A DNA stretch of 64,000 bases, taken from IMG/VR virus record IMGVR_UViG_3300048590_001227. One strand, written 5' to 3'. Of the stretch, positions 19,566 through 28,277 are shown piece by piece. The notes under the pieces were generated by a model, which was given only the letters and a program-made list of their open reading frames with translations, was not told where the DNA came from and did not search any database. Both the position numbers and the translations under genes were made by a program. Each line of letters begins with the position of its first letter. Position 1 is the stretch's first letter. This stretch comes from an uncultured virus (IMG/VR IMGVR_UViG_3300048590_001227) (lineage: Duplodnaviria > Heunggongvirae > Uroviricota > Caudoviricetes).

Positions 19566-19942
19566 TAGGCAAACCTAAACGCGCAAAGAATTTCGATTTC
19601 TTCGGGGTCTATCGGGTCCATGGTTTCCGGATGAAGGTCCAATTTGAATTTTAAGGGGTCTGTGGTCAGATCTGGAAACCCTTTTTTCTCAAATACTCTG
19701 TCGTCAACCTTCGGGAGGCTCCACATAGACAGGTGGCTATTTGCAGCAATTACGAACAGAAAATCCAAGACATCTTTTGAGGTCGATCCAATATCTCTCG
19801 CCATGCTCGCAGGATAAATATAGCCGCCGTCCTCATACTCAGTAAGGTATGAGAAATGCGCTGCGTAATTGACTGCTGGCAAGCCTAAAGCTTCAGGCTT
19901 CTTCGTCAATGTAGCTTCTAATTTTTCCAAGAAGCGGCTCAA
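19565..19942 (-). CDS. Hypothetical small protein, possible winged helix (second gene of operon)
   Basis: YIYPASMARDIGSTSKDVLDFL HTH-like segment; TAATG coupling to the downstream gene. Confidence 0.65.
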   Translation of the reverse strand: MSRFLEKLEATLTKKPEALGLPAVNYAAHFSYLTEYEDGGYIYPASMARDIGSTSKDVLDFLFVIAANSHLSMWSLPKVDDRVFEKKGFPDLTTDPLKFKLDLHPETMDPIDPEEIEILCAFRFA

Positions 19943-20990
19943 TGCTGTCTTTTCCTATCAAAGTCTTGATAATGCCTGTGGTCGATTTGTCGTAGTAAAG
20001 GCTGTACTCGATTGTACGGTCTCTGACTACCATACTTACCTTCCCAAAGCCATGCTTGTGTCTCTCCTGGAAGGCGTCAAAGAGTTCGGCAGTAGATATG
20101 TCCATTTTACCAATGAGCTTATCGGCAAATTCTTCATCGACGCTATTGGTTTCTTTCAAGGACTTGAGCGCACCCCCAACCCACCCGAGAACCACGTCCC
20201 TGGTTATCCCGTCCAGTACGTCACAAAGATCCTGCAAGCTTGCGTCTTCATTGCTTATATGGAACGCCGAAGCTAGGACTGACTTGCCCGTAGACAGACC
20301 TTCTGCCTTGAAATGGCTTTTGAATATACCTTCCGCCTTGTTTGGCAAGAATGAGTAAAAACTCTTTAAATTAAAAGGCTTTACGCTCACTTCCAGGTTA
20401 TCGATGCACCAATTGTGGATATAGTGCAGCTCGCTCTGGTACGGGTACGGTTTGCTGATCTTTTGGACAAAAGTTGGGAAGCTGATGACCAAGAACGGCG
20501 TCCCCTTGGGGGTCACATCAAGCGATAGGACAGCCCGCATTAAAGCGTCGTCCTCGACTATTATGTATTTGGAATCTCCACCGCCGTCAGGTTTGACCCT
20601 ATATTGTCTGCGCTCAACTTTGGAAAAATGAACGGCTGGCCTAGCGCTCCCTCTGCTGAGCACAAAGTGAGACCAATGGTTTCGGCTGGGCTTCTCAAAA
20701 AGGGTTTGGTTATTCACCACAGCATTCAGCTTCGCCGCAAGGGACTCGATGGTCTCGCCTGGGCTTGTAACGAGCGCAACTGCATGCCTAGATAGTTTGT
20801 CCGACTGCGCGAACACAGACATCGTTTCTTCAAAAACAGTCTGGAGCGCGGCAGTGTCGGAGGCAACAACTTCCCATGGGTGTTCTTTCTCGATAGAGCG
20901 CCGGTCAGCTGCGTAGAGGCTTTCCAGGCATATCTCGTAGATGAGTTTTGAGTCGAGAGCATCCATGGTTGTCACACAAACCCTTTCCAT
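19893..20990 (-). CDS. Hypothetical protein (first gene of putative three-gene defence operon)
   Basis: 365 aa ORF overlapping the next gene; no motif recognised. Confidence 0.75.
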   Translation of the reverse strand: MERVCVTTMDALDSKLIYEICLESLYAADRRSIEKEHPWEVVASDTAALQTVFEETMSVFAQSDKLSRHAVALVTSPGETIESLAAKLNAVVNNQTLFEKPSRNHWSHFVLSRGSARPAVHFSKVERRQYRVKPDGGGDSKYIIVEDDALMRAVLSLDVTPKGTPFLVISFPTFVQKISKPYPYQSELHYIHNWCIDNLEVSVKPFNLKSFYSFLPNKAEGIFKSHFKAEGLSTGKSVLASAFHISNEDASLQDLCDVLDGITRDVVLGWVGGALKSLKETNSVDEEFADKLIGKMDISTAELFDAFQERHKHGFGKVSMVVRDRTIEYSLYYDKSTTGIIKTLIGKDSIEPLLGKIRSYIDEEA

Positions 20991-21508
20991 GTCGGGGACT
21001 GCAGTTTGACAGTAAAACGATCCATGCCCCCTAAGTCAAGTTCCTAGTGGCCTGGACGTTGAAAAAAGCAACTGAATATTCACCTACGACCATCTTAACG
21101 CGTCTCCCGCTGGAAGGGGGGCTGCTAAGAATTCTTTACTGAAGATCACGGGCCATTGGACCGCGTGCACCCGAAGAGTTACCGCTATCAGTCAAAGCCG
21201 ATGGAAGCTTTGATCGCCGCGTCTTGTCCAATTTTTCGATTAGGCACACCGCTTTTCGCGGTGAATCTACGACGCCTCGAAAGCCAGCCTACATCGCAAT
21301 GCGGCTCCTTTCATAGGTACTTATGCGATCAGCGTGATCGACTTCCTCACGCCATTCTTCATAGAATAGTTTTGGTATTCGTTTGTGCGACTGGTAAGAA
21401 TCTCGACCAGTTTCAGAGGAGGAGTTGCACTCCATTTCCCTTTAGATAGAGATATTTGGCAATTTTTAGCATTCAAGTTGCTCATTCAATCTGCCGAAGA
21501 TAGACTAA

Positions 21509-21889
21509 GTGCTTAATAGGGGGCTTCACGTTTTGCTTTTCCGTGCAATTACATTTTTGGCAGTAATTATGCTTAGTTGGGGCATCAAGTCCTCGGCCGA
21601 GAGCCCTTTCTGCATGGAAAATGCCAGCCTCATTGACTCGGAGTCCGACGCTTCGACAGCCCGAACAATTCAACTTTCACATGACTCTTCTAATGACTCT
21701 GGTCATCACGATCCCTGCCACCGAGGAATTTGTCATTTCGGGCATTGCGTGCATATTAGGATTGTGCAAGTTGCAGTTTTCCAAGAAAAACCATCGAGTC
21801 GCCCTCAAAGACCGTATACCGCATATACCAGTCATAACTTAAGCGGTACTACTTCTCGCCATGAACGTCCTCCGATCTCAATCTCTTAA
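21509..21889 (+). CDS. Small exported His/Cys-rich metal-binding protein (CzcI-like position)
   Basis: Hydrophobic N-terminus; HHDPCHRGICHFGHCVH; C-terminal RPP; first gene of the metal-efflux cluster. Confidence 0.65.
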   Translation: MLNRGLHVLLFRAITFLAVIMLSWGIKSSAESPFCMENASLIDSESDASTARTIQLSHDSSNDSGHHDPCHRGICHFGHCVHIRIVQVAVFQEKPSSRPQRPYTAYTSHNLSGTTSRHERPPISIS

Positions 21890-21981
21890 TTCATTCAACA
21901 AAATTTGAGTTTTTCTGTGCCGATGCGCGTTGCGTCAACGCGTCTGGCATTGAATTCAAAATTCACTGCAGGGTGATTGCT

Positions 21982-22314
21982 ATGAAGTTGTCGCTATGTA
22001 TCCTTGCGCCCATTTATATGATGTTTTCATGCACCACGAGTGGACAACAGAACTCGATAATTGAATTTACTGGTGTGAACCAAGTTGTTGTGTATTTGGC
22101 AGAGCCTTCGGGTGCTGGGGACAAGATTCATTTTTTGCGCGCCGACTGTAAGAACTACACGGGCAAATCACGGAAATGCGTCGAGGTACCTATTGCTGAC
22201 GGAACCATAACTGAGGCTCTTGGAGCTGGAAAATTCAAAATCCAACTTGAACCGGGAGGCAGAATCGAAGCTTTTGCCACGGTGAGAAAGCATAAAATCG
22301 GGGAGTCCTACTAG
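21982..22314 (+). CDS. Small putative lipoprotein
   Basis: MKLSLCILAPIYMMFSC signal/lipobox-like N-terminus. Confidence 0.6.
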   Translation: MKLSLCILAPIYMMFSCTTSGQQNSIIEFTGVNQVVVYLAEPSGAGDKIHFLRADCKNYTGKSRKCVEVPIADGTITEALGAGKFKIQLEPGGRIEAFATVRKHKIGESY

Positions 22315-22422
22315 GATTTCGACCTGAGAAGTATCGACCATTCATGAAAAATAGAACACAAAGGGACCAAACGTGATTGATATACAAAGCCAAGCCCTGA
22401 AAGCAGCAAGCGTGCTGCGAGG

Positions 22423-23784
22423 ATGTTGGACATAATGGGAAAGCAAAAAAAATATCGTAGTTTTCTGTTCTCTATAGTTTTTGTCAAAATGATCTGCATG
22501 GCCATCTCTTCCCATATCGTCCAAGGTGCGGAAGCACCCAAAGCCGAGATTCTGAATGTAGATCCGTTTTGCACTTATTTAGGTCAAGACAGAAAGATTT
22601 CCGGGAATGAATCTGAAGGCGTCACTCTATGCGAAGCTTTAAAGAAGTCAATTTTTAGCGGTGCCCAAATAAAAGGGCAGGAACAGATCTATGAGGCTAG
22701 CGAAGGGCGTGTTGAACAAGCAGGTCTAATTCCCAACCCGACGCTTCTCGGAGACCTTGATAAATACAATGAAGAAGTGACTGTCCAACTCAGCCAAACG
22801 GTTGAACTAGGTGGAAAAAGGGGCGGCAGGATTGAACTCGCACGACTTGAGCGGCTTAGTGCAAAGGCTGACTTTGAATCAAAGCGTATTGAGGTAATCG
22901 AAAGTGTGAAAAGACGCTTTATTGAAGTGCTCCTTATACAAGAGAAGTTGGTGTTTGCGCAGAAGAGGTACGATCTTGCAAAGGAAATCCAGGCCACAGC
23001 CCAGCGTCGATTGAATGCTGGCCGCGGCATGCCTGTCGAGATGATTAAAGCTGGCCTTGCCGTGACTGCAAGTGAACTGGAAGTATCCAGGCTTAACGCC
23101 CAGCTCGCGAACGCAAGACGGCAGCTTGCGGCCATGATCGGAGTTGCAAATGCTGAGCCAGTCCTGGCAGTTGGTAACCTTGCCAACATGCCTGTTGATC
23201 CTGCCCGCTTTGCGACGTTTCCGTTGGACAAAAGTCCTGCTGTCCAAAGAACCGTACTTGATCTTGAACTACGAAAAGCAGAGCTTGATCTCGCTAAAAG
23301 CAATGCCGTACCTGACGTTACCCTGAGCGCTGGTGTGCGCCGTTTCAAGGAAGAGGCAACAACGGGTTTGATTGTGGGCATAGCCATACCATTACCGGTC
23401 TTGAATCGCAATCAAGGGGCCATTCGCGAGGCGAAGGGGGGCCTGTCTGCCTCTGAATTCAATCGAGATGCTGAAAGGCTCAGGATCAACGCTGAATTGC
23501 TGGGTACGATTCAGGAAATCCAAACGGCCTATGCTGAATCCATGGCTTTTAAAAATCAAATTCTCCCAGCTGCTGAAAAAGCCTTTGCTTCGGCAAACGA
23601 ATTTTTTCAAAGGGGGAAGCTGGACTACTTGAACGTCCTCGATGCCCAGCGTGATCTCTTTAACTCACGGGAACAATATCTTCAATCGCTCGTTGCCTAC
23701 CATGAAGCGCTTGCTGAAATCGAGCGACTTACAGGCAAGGGCGTGTCTGAATTGCTAAATAACAACGGCAGTGGCGAGAAATAG
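22423..23784 (+). CDS. czcC: Heavy-metal RND efflux outer membrane factor (TolC family)
   Basis: QAGLIPNP, LSQTVELGGKRGGR, PLPVLNRNQG and YLNVLDAQR motifs; start codon uncertain. Confidence 0.9.
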   Translation: MLDIMGKQKKYRSFLFSIVFVKMICMAISSHIVQGAEAPKAEILNVDPFCTYLGQDRKISGNESEGVTLCEALKKSIFSGAQIKGQEQIYEASEGRVEQAGLIPNPTLLGDLDKYNEEVTVQLSQTVELGGKRGGRIELARLERLSAKADFESKRIEVIESVKRRFIEVLLIQEKLVFAQKRYDLAKEIQATAQRRLNAGRGMPVEMIKAGLAVTASELEVSRLNAQLANARRQLAAMIGVANAEPVLAVGNLANMPVDPARFATFPLDKSPAVQRTVLDLELRKAELDLAKSNAVPDVTLSAGVRRFKEEATTGLIVGIAIPLPVLNRNQGAIREAKGGLSASEFNRDAERLRINAELLGTIQEIQTAYAESMAFKNQILPAAEKAFASANEFFQRGKLDYLNVLDAQRDLFNSREQYLQSLVAYHEALAEIERLTGKGVSELLNNNGSGEK

Positions 23785-23792
23785 GAGCTTCC

Positions 23793-24788
23793 ATGAAATT
23801 CAATAAAAATATCGGACTGGTTTTGGGACTTGTCGTTGCCGTTGTCCTCGTTCTTTGGCTAACTTTGGGACGTTCAAAAAAGGACTCTGCTGTCGCTGAT
23901 GCAAGCAAAAGTGAAGAGCACGGTCACGGCTCTGAAGAAGAGGGCCATGAGCATGAAGAGGGAGGGCACGATGAAACCCTCGTGCTCACCGATGAGCAGG
24001 TCAAGGCTGCGGGAATTGAACTCGTTGCCGCTGGACCGGGAGAACTTGATATCGAAGTTTCTCTCCCCGGAGAAGTGAAACTAAATGCTGACAATTTGTC
24101 TCACATAGTCCCTCGTTTTGGTGGCGCAATTACGCAAATTCATAAAAACCTGGGAGACAAGGTTGGCAAGGGTGAAACCCTGGCTGTGATTGAAAGCAAT
24201 GAAAGCCTTGCCAGCTATCAGATTAAGGCCCTCACTGCGGGCACAATTATTCAGAAGCATGCAACCATCGGCGAAGTCGTGCCAGAAAACACCGAGGTTT
24301 TTGTCGTCGCAAACCTGGAAACCGTCTGGATCGACATGAATGTATACCCGAAGGATTTGCCTTACGTACAAGAGGGGCAAACTGTCCATGTATCCGGACC
24401 AGCCAAGGGTTTGGTGGCTGAAGGGAAGATCAGCTACGTCGGACCTTTGGTCAGCGAACATACAAGAACCGCCATGGCCCGCGCTATTATTTCGAATAAG
24501 GGCGGAAAATGGCGTCCGGGGATGTTTGTGACTGCAAAAGTCGCTGTGGAAAAAGTACCAGTTGCAATAAAAGTTCCCAAAGAATCCGTTCAGAATGTCG
24601 AAGGAAAGCAGTCCGTATTCGTCAAAACAGAAAAAGGCTACTTGCCGAAACCCGTGACCCTGGGACGAGCGGACGACAAATACTTCGAGATATCAGAAGG
24701 GCTTCAAGCTGGAGATCAGTTTGTTACAGAAGGCGCTTTTATGCTCAAAGCTGAAAAAGGTAAATCAGAAGCCGAGCATGAGCACTAA
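23793..24788 (+). CDS. czcB: Heavy-metal RND efflux membrane fusion protein
   Basis: N-terminal TM, His-rich linker, WRPGMFV motif, C-terminal EHEH. Confidence 0.9.
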   Translation: MKFNKNIGLVLGLVVAVVLVLWLTLGRSKKDSAVADASKSEEHGHGSEEEGHEHEEGGHDETLVLTDEQVKAAGIELVAAGPGELDIEVSLPGEVKLNADNLSHIVPRFGGAITQIHKNLGDKVGKGETLAVIESNESLASYQIKALTAGTIIQKHATIGEVVPENTEVFVVANLETVWIDMNVYPKDLPYVQEGQTVHVSGPAKGLVAEGKISYVGPLVSEHTRTAMARAIISNKGGKWRPGMFVTAKVAVEKVPVAIKVPKESVQNVEGKQSVFVKTEKGYLPKPVTLGRADDKYFEISEGLQAGDQFVTEGAFMLKAEKGKSEAEHEH

Positions 24789-24830
24789 ACAGTAAAATCG
24801 ATCCTTCAGATATCAAAGGATATTTAATTC

Positions 24831-27800
24831 ATGCTAGACAAAATATTAAAATTTTCAATTCAACATCGCATTCTTATTTTGTTGATGTCGTTGATTGTCG
24901 GAATTGCCGGCCTGTTCTCTCTAACAAAGCTTCCCATTGATGCTGTTCCCGACATTACCAACGTCCAGGTTCAGATAAACACGGTATCTTCGGCCCTTTC
25001 CCCTCTTGAAATCGAAAAGCAGGTCACCTTCCCCATTGAGACTACTCTTGCCGGCATTTCCGGCCTGACATACACCAGGTCCTTATCCCGGAATGGATTT
25101 TCCCAGGTGACGGCCGTTTTCAAAGACGATGTCGATATCTATTTTGCACGCCAACAGGTTGCTGAGCGCCTCCTGGAGGCGCGCGAATCTCTCCCACCAG
25201 GTACCGAGCCGAAAATGGGCCCAATCTCCACGGGTCTCGGGGAGGTCTTCATGTGGACTCTGGAATATGCCCATCCCGCTGGAACAGGGGCGAATCTTGC
25301 TGCAGGGGACCAACCCGGGTGGAAGGAAGGTGGCATTTATCTGACTCCTGAAGGTCAGCCCCTCTCTGACAAGTTCGAGCAGGCCGCCTATCTGCGGACA
25401 ATCCAGGATTGGGTTATCAGGCCCCAATTAAAAAGCCTTGAAGGAGTTGCAGGTGTCGATACCATTGGGGGATTCGTCAAGCAATATCATGTGCATCCAA
25501 GCCCAGCAAAGTTGGTAGCCTTCGGACTCAGCTTCACTCAAATTATCGAGGCGTTGGAAAATAACAACGTCAGCACGGGTGCTGGATATATAGAACGCAA
25601 TGGTGAATCTTATTTGGTTCGCGCAGATGGACGGATTGCATCTCTTGATCAGATCGCAAATATAGTCGTCGGCAGTCAAAAAGGTGTTCCTATCCATATT
25701 CGGGATATTGCTGACGTTCGGCTGGGTCAGGAACTCCGGACAGGTAGTGCGAGCAAAAGCGGCCAGGAAGCTGTCGTGGGAACAGCCCTTATGCTCATAG
25801 GAGAGAACAGCCGTTCGGTAGCCCAGGCCGTTGAAGAAAAAATCAAGACGATCAGCAAAAGTCTACCACCAGATGTTGTCGTAACCCCTGTTTTAAACCG
25901 AACCAAGCTCGTTGATGCGACCATCAAGACGGTGGAAAAGAATCTTGCAGAAGGCGCGGTCCTGGTTATCGTTATCCTGTTCCTGTTGCTTGGAAATATC
26001 AAAGCTGCTTTGATTACTGCTTCTGTAATTCCTCTCTCTATGCTCATGACATCGATGGGCATGGTAAAAGGAAAAATCAGCGGCAACCTCATGAGTCTAG
26101 GGGCGATAGACTTTGGTCTTATCGTTGACGGAGCTGTTATCATCGTTGAAAACTGTTTGCGGCATCTTGCAGAGAAACAGCATCAAATAAAGAGGGAATT
26201 GACTCTTACTGAAAGACTACATGAAGTCTTCGTCGCCAGCAAGGAGGTCATAAAACCTTCCGTCTTCGGTCAGGCCATCATTATCATCGTCTATCTTCCC
26301 ATTATCAGTCTGACTGGTATTGAAGGTAAGATGTTTCATCCCATGGCGATGACGGTTATCATTGCGCTCGTGTCAGCGTTTATCCTATCCATTACCCTTG
26401 TCCCGGCTCTTGTAGCTATGTTCATCAAGGGCAAAATCAGCGAAAAAGAAAATCGTCTCTTCGCATGGGCTAAACGTAAGTACGAACCAGCTCTTCACTT
26501 CGCCATTGATCGCAGCGGTCCGGTGGTTGGAGTGGCAGTAGGGCTTTTTTTGCTTTCGATTCTGTTGTTTGGACGGCTGGGTCAAGAGTTTATTCCAACA
26601 CTTGACGAGAAAGATCTGGCAGTTCAGGCCATGCGGATTCCCAGTACGGGCATTACGCAATCAACGAAGATGCAGGCGCTGGTTGAAAAAACACTCGCCT
26701 CTTTTCCGGAAGTTGCCTTTGTCTTTTCCAAGACCGGTACGGCGGAAATGGCCTCAGATCCAATGCCGCCCAATATCTCGGATACATTCATTGTTCTCAA
26801 ATCACATGACCAATGGCCGGACAAAAATGAAACCAAGGCCGAACTTCGGGGGAGAATTGAAAAAGCTCTGCTTAAACTTCCTGGAAATAATTACGAGTTC
26901 ACTCAACCTATTCAGATGCGCTTCAATGAACTCATTGCCGGAGTTCGTGGCGACGTAGCAGTTAAAGTCTACGGGGAGGAATTTCAAGACATCGAAGCAA
27001 CCGCTGCCGCGATTGGCAGGATTATAAAGTCAATACCTGGTGCGGCGGATGTAAAAGTGGAACAAACGAAGGGTCTTCCAGTCATGAACGTCGAAATCGA
27101 CCGCAATGTCATCGCACGGCACGGTCTTTCCATGAAGGAAGTCCAGGATGTGGTCAATATTGCGATAGGCGGTCGGGAAGCCGGAATGGTCTTCGAGGGG
27201 GATCGCCGCTTTGATCTAATGGTTCGATTGCCCGAAAACATTCGGGACAATATCGAGGATCTGAAATCGATTCCCGTGCCTTTGCCAAAAATGGACGGCT
27301 CCGATTCCACCCAAACGGGCAATCCGGGGGCCGGTCACAGACATGAAACTGGCGATGACGATCGTCCTTCCTTTATTCCGCTTGGGGAGCTTGCTACCTT
27401 GGACGTAACGGAGGGGCCAAATCAGATCAGCCGCGAGAATGGCAAGCGCCGAATCGTAGTACAGGCAAACGTTCGCGATCGGGATATCGGTTCGTTTGTG
27501 GCTGAAGCGCAAGAAAGAATTGATAAGGAAGTGAAGCTGCGTTCAGGGCAGTGGCTGGAATGGGGCGGGCAATTTGAAAATCTTGTGGCCGCCCGTCAAA
27601 GACTTGCAATAGTAGTTCCAGCTTGTTTTCTGTTGATATTCATTATCCTGTTCACTGCCTATGGTTCAGCGAAATATGCTTTCATCATTTTCTCTGGTGT
27701 TCCGCTCGCGCTTTCAGGGGGTGTAATCGCACTTTGGTTGCGTGGAATGCCTTTTTCGATTACGGCTGCCGTCGGTTTCATTGCGCTTTCCGGGGTCGCA

Positions 27801-28109
27801 GTTCTAAACGGCTTGGTCATGGTGAGTTTCATCAATCAACTACGTGGTGAGGGCCTGTCACTTGATGATGCAATTTTGCAAGGATCGTTGACGCGACTTC
27901 GACCCGTATTGATGACTGCATTGGTGGCTTCGCTCGGTTTCTTACCTATGGCACTGGCAACCGGAACCGGAGCCGAAGTGCAGAAACCACTTGCCACCGT
28001 TGTGGTGGGAGGTCTTTTCACTAGCACGCTTCTCACCTTATTGGTTCTGCCAGCGCTTTATCGGTTGTTTGAAAGACGAAACTCCAGAGCTGTCGATATT
28101 GAAACTTGA
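24831..28109 (+). CDS. czcA: Heavy-metal RND transporter, CzcA/CusA family (CnrA/NccA-like insertion)
   Basis: LPIDAVPDITNVQVQINT, GAIDFGLIVDGAVIIVEN and RLRPVLMTALVASLGF motifs; PGW…YLTPEG insertion. Confidence 0.95.
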   Translation: MLDKILKFSIQHRILILLMSLIVGIAGLFSLTKLPIDAVPDITNVQVQINTVSSALSPLEIEKQVTFPIETTLAGISGLTYTRSLSRNGFSQVTAVFKDDVDIYFARQQVAERLLEARESLPPGTEPKMGPISTGLGEVFMWTLEYAHPAGTGANLAAGDQPGWKEGGIYLTPEGQPLSDKFEQAAYLRTIQDWVIRPQLKSLEGVAGVDTIGGFVKQYHVHPSPAKLVAFGLSFTQIIEALENNNVSTGAGYIERNGESYLVRADGRIASLDQIANIVVGSQKGVPIHIRDIADVRLGQELRTGSASKSGQEAVVGTALMLIGENSRSVAQAVEEKIKTISKSLPPDVVVTPVLNRTKLVDATIKTVEKNLAEGAVLVIVILFLLLGNIKAALITASVIPLSMLMTSMGMVKGKISGNLMSLGAIDFGLIVDGAVIIVENCLRHLAEKQHQIKRELTLTERLHEVFVASKEVIKPSVFGQAIIIIVYLPIISLTGIEGKMFHPMAMTVIIALVSAFILSITLVPALVAMFIKGKISEKENRLFAWAKRKYEPALHFAIDRSGPVVGVAVGLFLLSILLFGRLGQEFIPTLDEKDLAVQAMRIPSTGITQSTKMQALVEKTLASFPEVAFVFSKTGTAEMASDPMPPNISDTFIVLKSHDQWPDKNETKAELRGRIEKALLKLPGNNYEFTQPIQMRFNELIAGVRGDVAVKVYGEEFQDIEATAAAIGRIIKSIPGAADVKVEQTKGLPVMNVEIDRNVIARHGLSMKEVQDVVNIAIGGREAGMVFEGDRRFDLMVRLPENIRDNIEDLKSIPVPLPKMDGSDSTQTGNPGAGHRHETGDDDRPSFIPLGELATLDVTEGPNQISRENGKRRIVVQANVRDRDIGSFVAEAQERIDKEVKLRSGQWLEWGGQFENLVAARQRLAIVVPACFLLIFIILFTAYGSAKYAFIIFSGVPLALSGGVIALWLRGMPFSITAAVGFIALSGVAVLNGLVMVSFINQLRGEGLSLDDAILQGSLTRLRPVLMTALVASLGFLPMALATGTGAEVQKPLATVVVGGLFTSTLLTLLVLPALYRLFERRNSRAVDIET

Positions 28110-28169
28110 AGTATTTGTGGGAGTAAAAAAGAAAACCCCATAGCCGGGTTAGTCTTTGCAAATATTCAG

Positions 28170-28208
28170 GGCCTTCAAGGTTACACAAGCAACCTTGAGG
28201 GCCGTTTT
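28170..28208 (+). terminator. Stem-loop / probable intrinsic terminator after czcA
   Basis: GGCCTTCAAGGTT-8 nt-AACCTTGAGGGCC followed by GTTTT. Confidence 0.6.
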
Positions 28209-28277
28209 ATGATCTTAGGATCATTCTTTGCATTCTAAATTTGTGGAAAACAAGCTCATTGTGTGAAGGAAGATATC

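Noticed and set aside
20991..21508. Possible gene or ncRNA between the defence-like operon and the metal island
   Set aside because: Only short ORFs without RBS or motifs, and no convincing structure; may be decayed sequence.
21890..21970. NiCo (czcD) riboswitch
   Set aside because: Only one imperfect hairpin is visible, not the multi-stem junction expected; cannot be supported without a covariance search.
22689..23411. 240-aa minus-strand ORF
   Set aside because: Antisense to czcC; typical shadow ORF.
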